DNA of 64,000 nt from Bdellovibrio sp. (GCA_043760925.1 JAYUOK010000057.1:14939-78938); one strand, 5' to 3'; positions 1-8,425 are shown, counted from the first letter of the stretch. Notes: generated by a model from the sequence alone, not told the origin. Numbers and translations are program-made.

Positions 1-1513
1 GACAAATCAGATTCGAAAAGGTCTTAAAGAAAAGGGAATTTCGTCTCGTAGTATTGTTGCATTTGTCATCTTCGGGATGATCGTACTTGTTTTCGTACTT
101 TCTGATTTAAACGGGCAAAGTGGATCGGGCAGTATGTCGATGGGGCAAGCGGCCGAAGTGAATGGGGAAATTATTTCGATTAAAGATTTTCAAGATGAGG
201 AAAATCGCCTGAGTCAATATTACGCGCAGCTTTTCGGTGGGCAGTTTGATATGTCTGCACAAAGAGATATGTTGCGCGGTGAAGTGATGAACTCTTTGGT
301 CAGTAAAACATTAAGTGCGCAGGCTGCAGAAAAAGAGGGCATTTTCGCTACAGATGCGGAAGTCAGATACATGGTCACGCAGGAATTGCCTTATTTTAAA
401 CGCGACGGAGCTTTTCAATCTGACGCATACAAATCGATCCTTGCTTCGAATCGTATGACGCCCGGTGAATTCGAAAATAAATTACGCCAAGACATTAAAA
501 ACCAACGTTCTCGTCAGTTATTTGAAACTTCAATGGCCGTCAGTGATCTTCAACGAAATGCCGAAAAAGAACTTCGGGCCGCGAAAATGAATATTGAATT
601 TATCGCATTAAACCCAACTGAATTTTCAAAAACTCATGAGGTTAATCAAGCAACGGTTCAGGCTCAATTAGCAGAGCCTGAATTCACAAAAAGAGTCGAC
701 GAATACTTTAAAAATAATCAAGCCGAATTTGAGAAATTAGAAGAGATTAAGGCTTCCCATATTTTGATCAAATCGGACGCAACGAATGAAGCCGCGGCCC
801 GAGACAAAGCGACGGCTATACTTCAGCGTTTACAAAAAGAAGATTTTGCTAAAGTCGCTGCACAAGTGAGTGATGATCCAGGCTCGAAAGCCAAAAATGG
901 CGATCTTGGTTATTTTTCGCGTGGTCGTATGGTTAAAGAATTTGAAGAAGAAGCATTCAAACTTCCCGTTGGCCAAGTTTCGGGTTTAGTAAAATCATCA
1001 TTTGGCTTTCATATCATTAAAGTCACCGATAAAAAACCAGCGGTTCCAGCCGATGTAGAAAAATCAAAACAAATCATCGCAAAAAGACTCATCGGAACTG
1101 ATGAATTTGGAACTTTTGTAACATCATTAGAAAAAGAAGTTGCCGCTGGAAATACAGACGTTGTTAATCAAACTCTGGCAAAAAATAATTTAAAATGGAA
1201 AGAAACCGGATTTTTTGACATCGCCGCAGAAGCCGTTCCTGCGATTAATTCACCCCAAGTCATGAAAGCTTCGCTTGAATTATCGAAGTCGCAGCCAGTC
1301 GCCAAGAAGTTAGTTCGTGAAGGTGACACTCAATATCTTGTCCGTTTAAAAGATGCGAAAACTGAAATGACAGAGCTAAAGCCACAGGATCAGGAAGTGA
1401 TTGAGCGCCAAAAGTCGACCGAAGCTTATCGTTCTTGGGTTGAAACATTCAAGAAGTCGGCTAAAATTGAGACCAACGCAGACTTAACTCAAGCGACGGC
1501 AGCCGCGCAGTAA
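1..1513 (+). CDS. ppiD: Periplasmic parvulin-type peptidyl-prolyl isomerase, PpiD-like; 5' end lies outside the window (codon phase starts at nt 2)
   Basis: The frame is open from the window edge. Codons upstream of the track's ATG 77 read TNQIRKGLKEKGISSRSIVAFVIFG and run into MIVLVFVL, which is one N-terminal membrane anchor split by the track start. Parvulin core: ASHILIK...GDLGYFSRGRMVKEFEEEAF...FGFHIIKV. Confidence 0.85.
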   Translation, partial: TNQIRKGLKEKGISSRSIVAFVIFGMIVLVFVLSDLNGQSGSGSMSMGQAAEVNGEIISIKDFQDEENRLSQYYAQLFGGQFDMSAQRDMLRGEVMNSLVSKTLSAQAAEKEGIFATDAEVRYMVTQELPYFKRDGAFQSDAYKSILASNRMTPGEFENKLRQDIKNQRSRQLFETSMAVSDLQRNAEKELRAAKMNIEFIALNPTEFSKTHEVNQATVQAQLAEPEFTKRVDEYFKNNQAEFEKLEEIKASHILIKSDATNEAAARDKATAILQRLQKEDFAKVAAQVSDDPGSKAKNGDLGYFSRGRMVKEFEEEAFKLPVGQVSGLVKSSFGFHIIKVTDKKPAVPADVEKSKQIIAKRLIGTDEFGTFVTSLEKEVAAGNTDVVNQTLAKNNLKWKETGFFDIAAEAVPAINSPQVMKASLELSKSQPVAKKLVREGDTQYLVRLKDAKTEMTELKPQDQEVIERQKSTEAYRSWVETFKKSAKIETNADLTQATAAAQ

Positions 1514-1545
1514 TTAAAACGATCAATTCTACGACGGTACAGAAT

Positions 1546-1956
1546 TTATTTTTTAAGATGTTCAGGTTTAAAGGCCTCTGGAAAAAGGTCTCTGAATTGA
1601 TAGCTGACCTCTTTGCCGGTCGGATTAATCATTCGAATGATGGTTTCCGGGGTTGCAAACTCAGCAATCACTTGGCGGCAAAATCCACACGGCGGCCAAG
1701 GCTCGACTTCATTACTAGCGACGACAATCTCGGTAATTTTTTCGGTCGACTTATTTTCACTAAATGCTTTCCAAACAGCGACTCTTTCTGCGCAAACGGT
1801 TCCACCGTAAGATGCATTTTCGATGTTGCAGCCAGAATAAGTTTTACCATTGGTGAGCACTAAACTTGAGCCAATCTTTTTTTGTGAATAAGGTGAGTAC
1901 GAAAATTCCATTACGGCCAATGCATCCGTATTTAATTTAATTTTTAAAGAGTTCAT
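1546..1956 (-). CDS. cdd: Cytidine deaminase
   Basis: 136 aa. Zinc-ligand motifs CAERVA and PCGFCRQVIAEF are typical of homotetrameric cytidine deaminases. Overlaps the maf stop by 20 nt (operon). Confidence 0.9.
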   Translation of the reverse strand: MNSLKIKLNTDALAVMEFSYSPYSQKKIGSSLVLTNGKTYSGCNIENASYGGTVCAERVAVWKAFSENKSTEKITEIVVASNEVEPWPPCGFCRQVIAEFATPETIIRMINPTGKEVSYQFRDLFPEAFKPEHLKK

Positions 1957-2527
1957 AACCTAATCCTTTAAGTTGGTGAGTAATCCATAGTAGAGGTAAA
2001 CCTTGGATGGCAGAAAAATCATCCGATTCGATTTTTTCGAAAAGAATTAGTCCGCTCTCTTCAATTTTATAACTGCCGGCCGCATCGTAGGGTTCATCTT
2101 TTTTTAAATAGTTCTTTAATTCCTGATCGCTGAGGGATTTCATGTACATTTGGGTGATGTGATTAAGATGCAGAACTTCAGTCTCGGTGCGAATTGTAAC
2201 AGCCGTAATCAGTTCATGTTTTTGACCATTCAGTTGCTTTAACTGATTAAATGCTTTTTCAAATGTTCCAGCTTTCCCCAAAATCCCATGATTAAAATGA
2301 ACCAGTTGGTCTCCCGCGATAATAAGTCGATCGTTCGCATTGATCGATAAGGCTTTACCTTTCGATAGCGCCTCAGCGATTTCAAGTGGGGTCCTACGAT
2401 CTAGAAGCATTTGATACTTAACTTTTTCTTCATCATAGCTGGGCTTTTCTGTCGTAAAAGCTAAACCCGTTTTTTCAAGAAGTTGTTTGCGGTATTTAGA
2501 GGTACTGGCCAGAATGATTTTTTTCAT
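1937..2527 (-). CDS. maf: Maf-like nucleoside triphosphate pyrophosphatase (septum formation protein Maf)
   Basis: 196 aa. N-terminus KIILASTSKYRKQLLEKTGL, IIAGDQLV and the overall length fit the Maf family. 4-nt overlap with the upstream gene. Confidence 0.88.
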   Translation of the reverse strand: MKKIILASTSKYRKQLLEKTGLAFTTEKPSYDEEKVKYQMLLDRRTPLEIAEALSKGKALSINANDRLIIAGDQLVHFNHGILGKAGTFEKAFNQLKQLNGQKHELITAVTIRTETEVLHLNHITQMYMKSLSDQELKNYLKKDEPYDAAGSYKIEESGLILFEKIESDDFSAIQGLPLLWITHQLKGLGYELFKN

Positions 2528-4221
2528 GCCGTTGTTTCTTTTTTAATGGATTGATAAAGCAAATCTAGTTCGTACTCGGCAACAAGTTTTCGAAAATCTT
2601 TTTCGAACTCAAGGGGAGTAAATAATTTATTTACTTTTTTATCTATTAATCGCTGCTGCTGAACGGAAGTTAATGACTGTTGGCGGGGAGTGTAAAGCAA
2701 ATATTTTTTATTTTCGGGCAGGTGCAAATTTAAACTCAGAGAAAGCACTTTATTGACCGGAATAATTGAAATCGGTACTTCAATTTGATCGTTTTCATTC
2801 AGTGCTACGATTAAAGAATTTGGATCTACGGAAAAGAAGCTCAGCATCACTTCATTTTCATTCTTTTTTACAAATTCATAATAATCTGCTTTTGACTGCG
2901 CCCAAACCTTGAATTCGGTATGAACTAAATTTATTTCAAATTGTTCGCTGTCTTCAAGTTCACTTAAGTTCTCAAAATTCTTTTCTAACCACGTTCTAAA
3001 TAGTGACTGAGAAGTTGAAAAATCAATGTCGCAATCTGAGCACAGCACCAAATAGCCACACCAAGACTGGCTTTGCACCGTCATGCAGTAAGCACGACCC
3101 GATTTTTTCCTTAACACGTCACTTGCATCCAATTCATTTAAAGAATTTAACTCATTCATTGAATCATCGCCAGGTGAATCATGCATCGTCGGCGATGGGT
3201 ACGGCTGTCCATTTGCATCGAGCGCATCATTACGATTCGTACTATCCGAGTTACTCATATTTAAAGTCGAAGACGACGAGCCACCGAATGAAGATGAATC
3301 ATCCGATGAAAACGATCCTCCGGATGAAAACGATCCTCCGGATGAAATCGATCCTCCGGATGAAATCGATCCTCCGGATGAAAACGATCCCCCCGATGAC
3401 GATGAGCTACTCGATGAAACAAATTGCGCACCGCTTGTTTTTTGCGGCATATAGCCAATTTCGGATTTTTTACTATAGCCCTCATAGGTCTCGATCATAT
3501 CTTCTAATTGGGCACGAATTTCTTGATCGAATTCGATCTTAAGATCTTTTTTTGTTTCGCTGGCAATGTGGCTTTGCTTAAATTGCTGTAAAGTAGAATT
3601 TTTTGTTTTTAAAACGGCACCGCGAATTCCTTTTTGAATAACAAACTTTGCGCGATTTTCTTGAGTTGAATCAAGATTCTGGTTGTATGACTCTTCTTCT
3701 AAGCTTTTGAGCGCATCTGATTTTTTTTGAAGCATGTCTTCTCGGGTCGGTTGACCCGTTGTTGCGTACTGATTACTAACTTCGTTATTTAAATCTTTCG
3801 AAATCTTAGAAATTAATCTTTCGATCGCTGGTCCCGATATGGGCGGATAGAGTTTTTGCGTAAATCCACTGAATTCAAGCTTGCGAATTGCATCTTTTGA
3901 ACTACTTTGCGCGTAGGCAATGATTTGCGCGTTAGTTGATTGCCGAAGAACTTTTGGCACCAGCGATACTTTAGGATCCATATGATCGATCGCAATAAAA
4001 ACGTATTCAGCTTCAGATTCAATGACTTTGACTAAACTACTTTTAATGTCGGTTTCGGTAAAGACCTCATAATTACGCTTACTTAAAAAGACTTCGATGG
4101 GCTTCAAATTATGATGCTGAGATTTAATGAAGAACAATTTCGTTTTAGCGGTTTCAGACATTCCAAATAGTATAGCGTGCCCTTGGTGAGCTATGTACAA
4201 AACAGATGACTGACCCGACAA
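2524..4221 (-). CDS. Hypothetical protein: receiver(REC)-like N-terminal domain, long Ser/Gly-rich disordered region, unrecognised C-terminal domain
   Basis: 565-aa ORF. TTG 4221 is preceded by AAGGA; the alternative ATG 4161 (MSETAKTKLFFIK) lacks an SD. The N-terminus has REC-like strand spacing (KLFFIKS ... YVFIAIDHMDP ... QIIAYAQ ... KLYPPIS) but no acidic pair after beta1. The central region reads SSSSSSSGGSFSSGGSISSGGSISSGGSFSSGGSFSSDDSSS. Confidence 0.75.
   Translation of the reverse strand: MSGQSSVLYIAHQGHAILFGMSETAKTKLFFIKSQHHNLKPIEVFLSKRNYEVFTETDIKSSLVKVIESEAEYVFIAIDHMDPKVSLVPKVLRQSTNAQIIAYAQSSSKDAIRKLEFSGFTQKLYPPISGPAIERLISKISKDLNNEVSNQYATTGQPTREDMLQKKSDALKSLEEESYNQNLDSTQENRAKFVIQKGIRGAVLKTKNSTLQQFKQSHIASETKKDLKIEFDQEIRAQLEDMIETYEGYSKKSEIGYMPQKTSGAQFVSSSSSSSSGGSFSSGGSISSGGSISSGGSFSSGGSFSSDDSSSFGGSSSSTLNMSNSDSTNRNDALDANGQPYPSPTMHDSPGDDSMNELNSLNELDASDVLRKKSGRAYCMTVQSQSWCGYLVLCSDCDIDFSTSQSLFRTWLEKNFENLSELEDSEQFEINLVHTEFKVWAQSKADYYEFVKKNENEVMLSFFSVDPNSLIVALNENDQIEVPISIIPVNKVLSLSLNLHLPENKKYLLYTPRQQSLTSVQQQRLIDKKVNKLFTPLEFEKDFRKLVAEYELDLLYQSIKKETTA
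3301..3390. repeat. 18-bp in-frame tandem repeat, 5 units (consensus TCCGGATGAAAACGATCC on the + strand), encoding (GGS[FI]SS)n on the - strand
   Basis: Read directly: units at 3301, 3319, 3337, 3355 and 3373. The four inner units differ only at one position (A/T). More degenerate copies flank them (about 3283-3410). Confidence 0.9.
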
Positions 4222-4263
4222 TAGTCCTTACTTTTTGCCACTTATTTTGATACACCAAGCTCG

Positions 4264-5136
4264 ATGAAAGTACTACCAGACATCATGATCCAACAATCAA
4301 AACTCTATCAAAAGCTCGAATGGGTGGGGATGACCGATATTCAGCTGGCCATGCTGGTGGGTTCGATGGCGGTTCCCGTATCCCTCGACGTCGGGGTGAA
4401 TTTAATTGAAGGCAACCGCGGAATTCACATGTCTCGACTTTATCAGCTGCAACAATCCTTATTATTAAATAAGCCTTTATCGCAAAGCTTGTTGAATGAA
4501 TTCAGTCAGAGATGTCTTGAATCGCAAGCCGATATTAGCCAATTTGTGTCCGCAAAAATTAAATTTCAATGGCCATTAGCAACTCAATCATTGAAGTCGG
4601 GGCTTCCTGGCTTCAGACAATATCCATCGCAATTTATTATTGAATCGAACGGTATCGAATTTAAGACTTGGTTCCAATTTGAAGTTCTTTACTCAAGTAC
4701 ATGCCCGCAGTCAGCAAGTGTCGCTATGGAAGTAATGAAAGCTGATCAAATTCTACAAAATCAAAGTGGTCAAACGCTCGAACGATTCGCGGCTACACCC
4801 CACGCCCAACGTAGCGTTGCGCGAATTCAAGTACATTTGAAAAAATTTGATCAGTCCTATTTAGAGCAATTGATTTTCGGTTCAGAAGCTTGTTTAGGAA
4901 CTCCAGTGCAAACAACGGTCAAAAAAGTTGACGAGATGGAGTTTGCGAAACTAAATGCACAGAACTTAATGTTCTGTGAGGATGCCAGTCGAAAGCTTTC
5001 TGCTTTTTTGACCCAACAATATGACGTTTTGGGCTGTCGTGTATCGTGTGAACACCAAGAAAGTCTGCATCCACATAATGCCACAAGTCTATCTGTTCAA
5101 AATTACAGCAGCCCGCAAACGCTTTCTTTTACTTAA
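4264..5136 (+). CDS. folE2: GTP cyclohydrolase IB (FolE2/MptA family)
   Basis: 290 aa. Family motifs as I recall them from B. subtilis/Neisseria FolE2: LPDI near the N-terminus, RGIHMSRL, SSTCPQSAS (usually ..CPCS..), PHAQRS, FCEDASR, CEHQESLHPHNA. Confidence 0.8.
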   Translation: MKVLPDIMIQQSKLYQKLEWVGMTDIQLAMLVGSMAVPVSLDVGVNLIEGNRGIHMSRLYQLQQSLLLNKPLSQSLLNEFSQRCLESQADISQFVSAKIKFQWPLATQSLKSGLPGFRQYPSQFIIESNGIEFKTWFQFEVLYSSTCPQSASVAMEVMKADQILQNQSGQTLERFAATPHAQRSVARIQVHLKKFDQSYLEQLIFGSEACLGTPVQTTVKKVDEMEFAKLNAQNLMFCEDASRKLSAFLTQQYDVLGCRVSCEHQESLHPHNATSLSVQNYSSPQTLSFT

Positions 5137-5153
5137 TGAGAATAATTCTCATT
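5135..5153. promoter_or_regulatory. Fur-family 7-1-7 operator candidate inside a sigma70-like promoter for the downstream Fur-family gene
   Basis: Perfect palindrome AATGAGAAT-A-ATTCTCATT (core TGAGAAT-n-ATTCTCA). It fills the 17-nt spacer between TTAATG (5133-5138) and TAATAT (5156-5161), overlaps the folE2 stop codon and lies 52 nt upstream of ATG 5213. Confidence 0.55.
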
Positions 5154-5212
5154 TTTAATATGCATTCTGCTTGAGATCAGATACAACCTTTGCTTACGCA
5201 AGGGGATTTCCG

Positions 5213-5737
5213 ATGCCGATGAATTTAAATGAATCTTTTCACTTACCGCGACCGCAAGACGAAGCCATCGTTCGAAAAGAAGAGCGATTTCAAATAGAAG
5301 ACTTTAAAAAGATGATCCGCTCGATGGGGTTGAAAATAACCGAGCAAAGATTATTAATCTTAAATTGTTTGCATGATGCCGAAGCCAGATCGGGCGAGCG
5401 CCATGTGACTGCGCAAGAGCTATTCGAAAAAGTTTCCATGAAGGATGCGAGTGTTGGCTTTGCAACGGTGTATCGTTTTCTTCGAGACCTTGCCGAAAAG
5501 GGCCTTGTCACTGAAGTGCGTATGGGCGGGCAATCTTCACGGTATGAACTAACCACTCAAAATCATCACGATCATTTAACCTGCGTGCAGTGCGGAAAAA
5601 TTTGTGAATTCGAAAATAAAAAAATCGAAAAGTTGCAAGTTCAAGTTGCGGAATATTTTGGATTTAAATTGACTAACCATATCCTAGAACTTTATGGCGT
5701 ATGTCCGGCTTGTCAGGAGCTCGGTAAGTTGAAATAA
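5213..5737 (+). CDS. Fur-family metalloregulator (Fur/Zur/PerR type not resolvable by eye)
   Basis: Winged-helix region ITEQRLLILNCL...HVTAQELFEKV...ATVYRFLRDLAEKGLV, then HHDHLTCVQCGK and CPAC (structural Zn CxxC pairs). ATG 5213 follows AGGGGA (5201-5206) by 6 nt. The track's TTG 5171 is less likely. Confidence 0.9.
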   Translation: MPMNLNESFHLPRPQDEAIVRKEERFQIEDFKKMIRSMGLKITEQRLLILNCLHDAEARSGERHVTAQELFEKVSMKDASVGFATVYRFLRDLAEKGLVTEVRMGGQSSRYELTTQNHHDHLTCVQCGKICEFENKKIEKLQVQVAEYFGFKLTNHILELYGVCPACQELGKLK

Positions 5738-5804
5738 TAGCCCCATTGAACTTTCTCCAGCGGCGAAGGATGTGGGCTCGGTGGCAAAAAAACAAGAAAT
5801 CAAC

Positions 5805-8411
5805 ATGCAGGATGGAATCGTCATCAAAGGCGCGCGCGAGCATAACCTCAAAGACGTTTCCATCACAGTTCCGCGAAATATGATCACTGTGTTTACCGGA
5901 CTCAGTGGTTCCGGAAAATCTTCGTTAGCATTTGATACAATTTATGCTGAAGGGCAACGTCGTTACGTTGAAAGTTTGTCAGCTTATGCAAGAAACTTTT
6001 TAGAGCAATTAAAAAAACCAGAGGTGGATTCAATCACCGGTTTAAGCCCAGCTATTGCAATCGATCAGAAGTCGGTGGGTCTTAATCCGCGATCGACGGT
6101 GGGAACAATTACCGAAATCTATGACTACCTACGATTGCTTTATGCGAAGGTCGGAATTCCTGAATGTCCGACTCATCATATTCCGGTCTCTTCACAAACT
6201 CCGCAGCAAATTATTGACGATATTTTCAAAAAATCGGTCGGCACAAAATTTTCTATTTTAGCTCCAATGGCGCAAGGTAAAAAAGGCGAATTCTTGGCCG
6301 AGTTTCAAAAATGGGCCAAAAAAGGCTTCGTCAAGGCTAAGGTTGACGGTCAATTTATTGAACTTGAAAAAGCTACACGCCTTGCAAAAACGAAGGCGCA
6401 CGATATTGATCTGGTTGTTGATCAACTTATTTTGAAGGATACCATCAAGCACCGCCTCAGCGAAAGTATTAATACGGCGTTATCTTTAGCGAACGGTCGA
6501 TTGATACTTGAAATGGCCAGTGGCGAAAGAATTAACTATTCAATTCATTCAACGTGCCCAAAATGCGGCTTTGGTTTTCCCGAGCTTGAGCCAAGGCTTT
6601 TTAGTTTTAATAATCCACGCGGCGCTTGCGTTACCTGTCATGGATTAGGAACTCTTGATTTAGTTGAAGAAGAGCAGTTTTCTGATTCCGAGGTAGGCGG
6701 GCGCAAACTTGAAAACGTCAAATATTCTTACAAGGGAAAACGAGTTACCGACGAGGGCGGGGCCGACGATGAAGAAGGCGAAGAGATGGTTTTATCAACG
6801 TGCCCAGATTGTAAAGGAGCACGCCTAAAAACCGAATCGTTAAGTATCAAAGTTGGTGACCGAAATATTGCAGAACTATCAGATATGTCGATCGTTGAAC
6901 TTTATGATTGGTTTACCAAGGTTAAATGGGCCGAAAGAAACCGAATGGTTTCAGATAAAATCCTAAAGCAAATTCTGACTCGCCTTGAATTTTTGAAGCG
7001 CGTCGGTACCAGCTATTTATCATTATCTAGAACAGCGCGCACGTTGTCAGGTGGCGAGGCTCAACGAATTCGCTTGGCGACGCAAGTGGGCTCTGCCTTG
7101 ATCGGCTGTATGTACGTCATGGACGAGCCAAGTATTGGTTTGCATCCACGTGATCATCATCGGTTATTAGAAATTATTGGTGAACTGAAAGAACGTGGAA
7201 ATACAATTATCCTGGTTGAACATGACGAAGACACAATTCGTTATGCAGATTATGTTGTCGATTTGGGCCCGCGCGCGGGTAAACTGGGCGGAGAGCTGAT
7301 GGCCATGGGAACGCCCGAGCAAATCGAAAAAAATGTAAATTCAATGACAGGTCAGTACCTTTCTGGAAAACGAAGAATCCCGGTTCCGAAATCCCGCCGC
7401 AAAGGCAATGGCCTTAAATTAAAATTGTTTGGTTCAACCGGCAATAACTTAAAAAACGTCGACTTAGAAATTCCACTCGGAACTTTAACTTGCGTGACCG
7501 GTGTATCGGGTAGTGGCAAAAGTACTTTGATTTTAGATACTCTTTATAAAATATTAGCGCGCGAATTTTATCGATCGTCAGTTGTGCCGTCGCCATATAA
7601 AAAAATTGAGGGCATCGATCATATTGATAAAGTCATCGACATTAATCAGCGCCCCATCGGCCGCACTCCACGTTCGACTCCGGCCACTTATGTTGGCTTA
7701 TTGCCAATGATCCGCGATCTCTATGCGGCACTACCTGAATCTAAATTGCGCGGCTTTGAGCCGGGCCGATTTAGTTTTAATGTCAAAGGCGGTCGCTGCG
7801 AGACTTGTTTGGGTCATGGAAAAATTAGAATGGAAATGCACTTTCTTTCTGACGTTTTTGTCACTTGCGATACCTGTGGCGGCCGTCGCTACAACCGGGA
7901 AACTCTGAACGTTAAATTTAAAGAAAAAAGTGTTGCTGACGTTTTAGAGATGAACGTTGCCGAAGCTTTTGATTTTTTCAAAAATCATTCGCAAATTCAC
8001 CGCAAGTTAGAAACGCTGATGAAAGTTGGACTTGATTATATGACTCTGGGTCAATCTTCCACGACTCTTTCAGGTGGCGAGGCCCAGCGGGTTAAACTGG
8101 CGAAAGAATTATCAAGACGGGGAACCGGTAAAACTCTTTATATTTTAGACGAACCTACAACCGGTTTACACTTTGATGACGTCCGAAAATTAGTGGAATT
8201 GCTGCATGAACTTGTCAATCAAGGCAATACGGTTTTGGTTATCGAACATAATTTAGAAGTCGTTAAAACGGCCGATCACATCATCGATGTGGGGCCAGAC
8301 GGTGGAATCTTTGGTGGCGAAATCGTCGCGACGGGCACTCCAGAAAAAGTCATGGACGTTAAAAAAAGCGAAACCGCAAAATTTTTGCGGCCGCTTTTAA
8401 TGCGAACATAA
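5805..8411 (+). CDS. uvrA: Excinuclease ABC subunit A (UvrA), with a shortened insertion domain
   Basis: GAREHNLK, two ABC modules (GLSGSGKSS / GVSGSGKST, LSGGEAQR twice), Zn modules CPKCGFGFPELEPRLFSFNNPRGACVTCHGLG and CETCLGHG...CDTCGGRRY. ATG 5805 aligns with the E. coli N-terminus; GTG 5772 or 5781 are alternatives. Confidence 0.95.
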   Translation: MQDGIVIKGAREHNLKDVSITVPRNMITVFTGLSGSGKSSLAFDTIYAEGQRRYVESLSAYARNFLEQLKKPEVDSITGLSPAIAIDQKSVGLNPRSTVGTITEIYDYLRLLYAKVGIPECPTHHIPVSSQTPQQIIDDIFKKSVGTKFSILAPMAQGKKGEFLAEFQKWAKKGFVKAKVDGQFIELEKATRLAKTKAHDIDLVVDQLILKDTIKHRLSESINTALSLANGRLILEMASGERINYSIHSTCPKCGFGFPELEPRLFSFNNPRGACVTCHGLGTLDLVEEEQFSDSEVGGRKLENVKYSYKGKRVTDEGGADDEEGEEMVLSTCPDCKGARLKTESLSIKVGDRNIAELSDMSIVELYDWFTKVKWAERNRMVSDKILKQILTRLEFLKRVGTSYLSLSRTARTLSGGEAQRIRLATQVGSALIGCMYVMDEPSIGLHPRDHHRLLEIIGELKERGNTIILVEHDEDTIRYADYVVDLGPRAGKLGGELMAMGTPEQIEKNVNSMTGQYLSGKRRIPVPKSRRKGNGLKLKLFGSTGNNLKNVDLEIPLGTLTCVTGVSGSGKSTLILDTLYKILAREFYRSSVVPSPYKKIEGIDHIDKVIDINQRPIGRTPRSTPATYVGLLPMIRDLYAALPESKLRGFEPGRFSFNVKGGRCETCLGHGKIRMEMHFLSDVFVTCDTCGGRRYNRETLNVKFKEKSVADVLEMNVAEAFDFFKNHSQIHRKLETLMKVGLDYMTLGQSSTTLSGGEAQRVKLAKELSRRGTGKTLYILDEPTTGLHFDDVRKLVELLHELVNQGNTVLVIEHNLEVVKTADHIIDVGPDGGIFGGEIVATGTPEKVMDVKKSETAKFLRPLLMRT

Positions 8412-8425
8412 ATCTGCGAACATAA

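Noticed and set aside
3283-3410. Possible CRISPR-like array because of regular short repeats
   Set aside because: The units are directly tandem with no spacers, are 18 bp long, are in frame and lie inside a CDS. This is a coding minisatellite, not CRISPR.
3003-3542. 179-aa plus-strand ORF with repeats (..MKTILRMKTILRMKSILRMK..) antisense to the 565-aa gene
   Set aside because: It is the mirror image of the 18-bp coding repeat on the other strand. It has no SD and lies wholly inside a better-supported gene. The same reasoning applies to 3261..3485.
5738-5804. SOS/LexA boxes upstream of uvrA (also checked 62132-62163 for uvrB and 53626-53636 for recG)
   Set aside because: I found neither CTGT-N8-ACAG-type nor TTAC-N3-GTAA-type motifs by eye. 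Absence by eye is weak evidence, so I make no claim either way.
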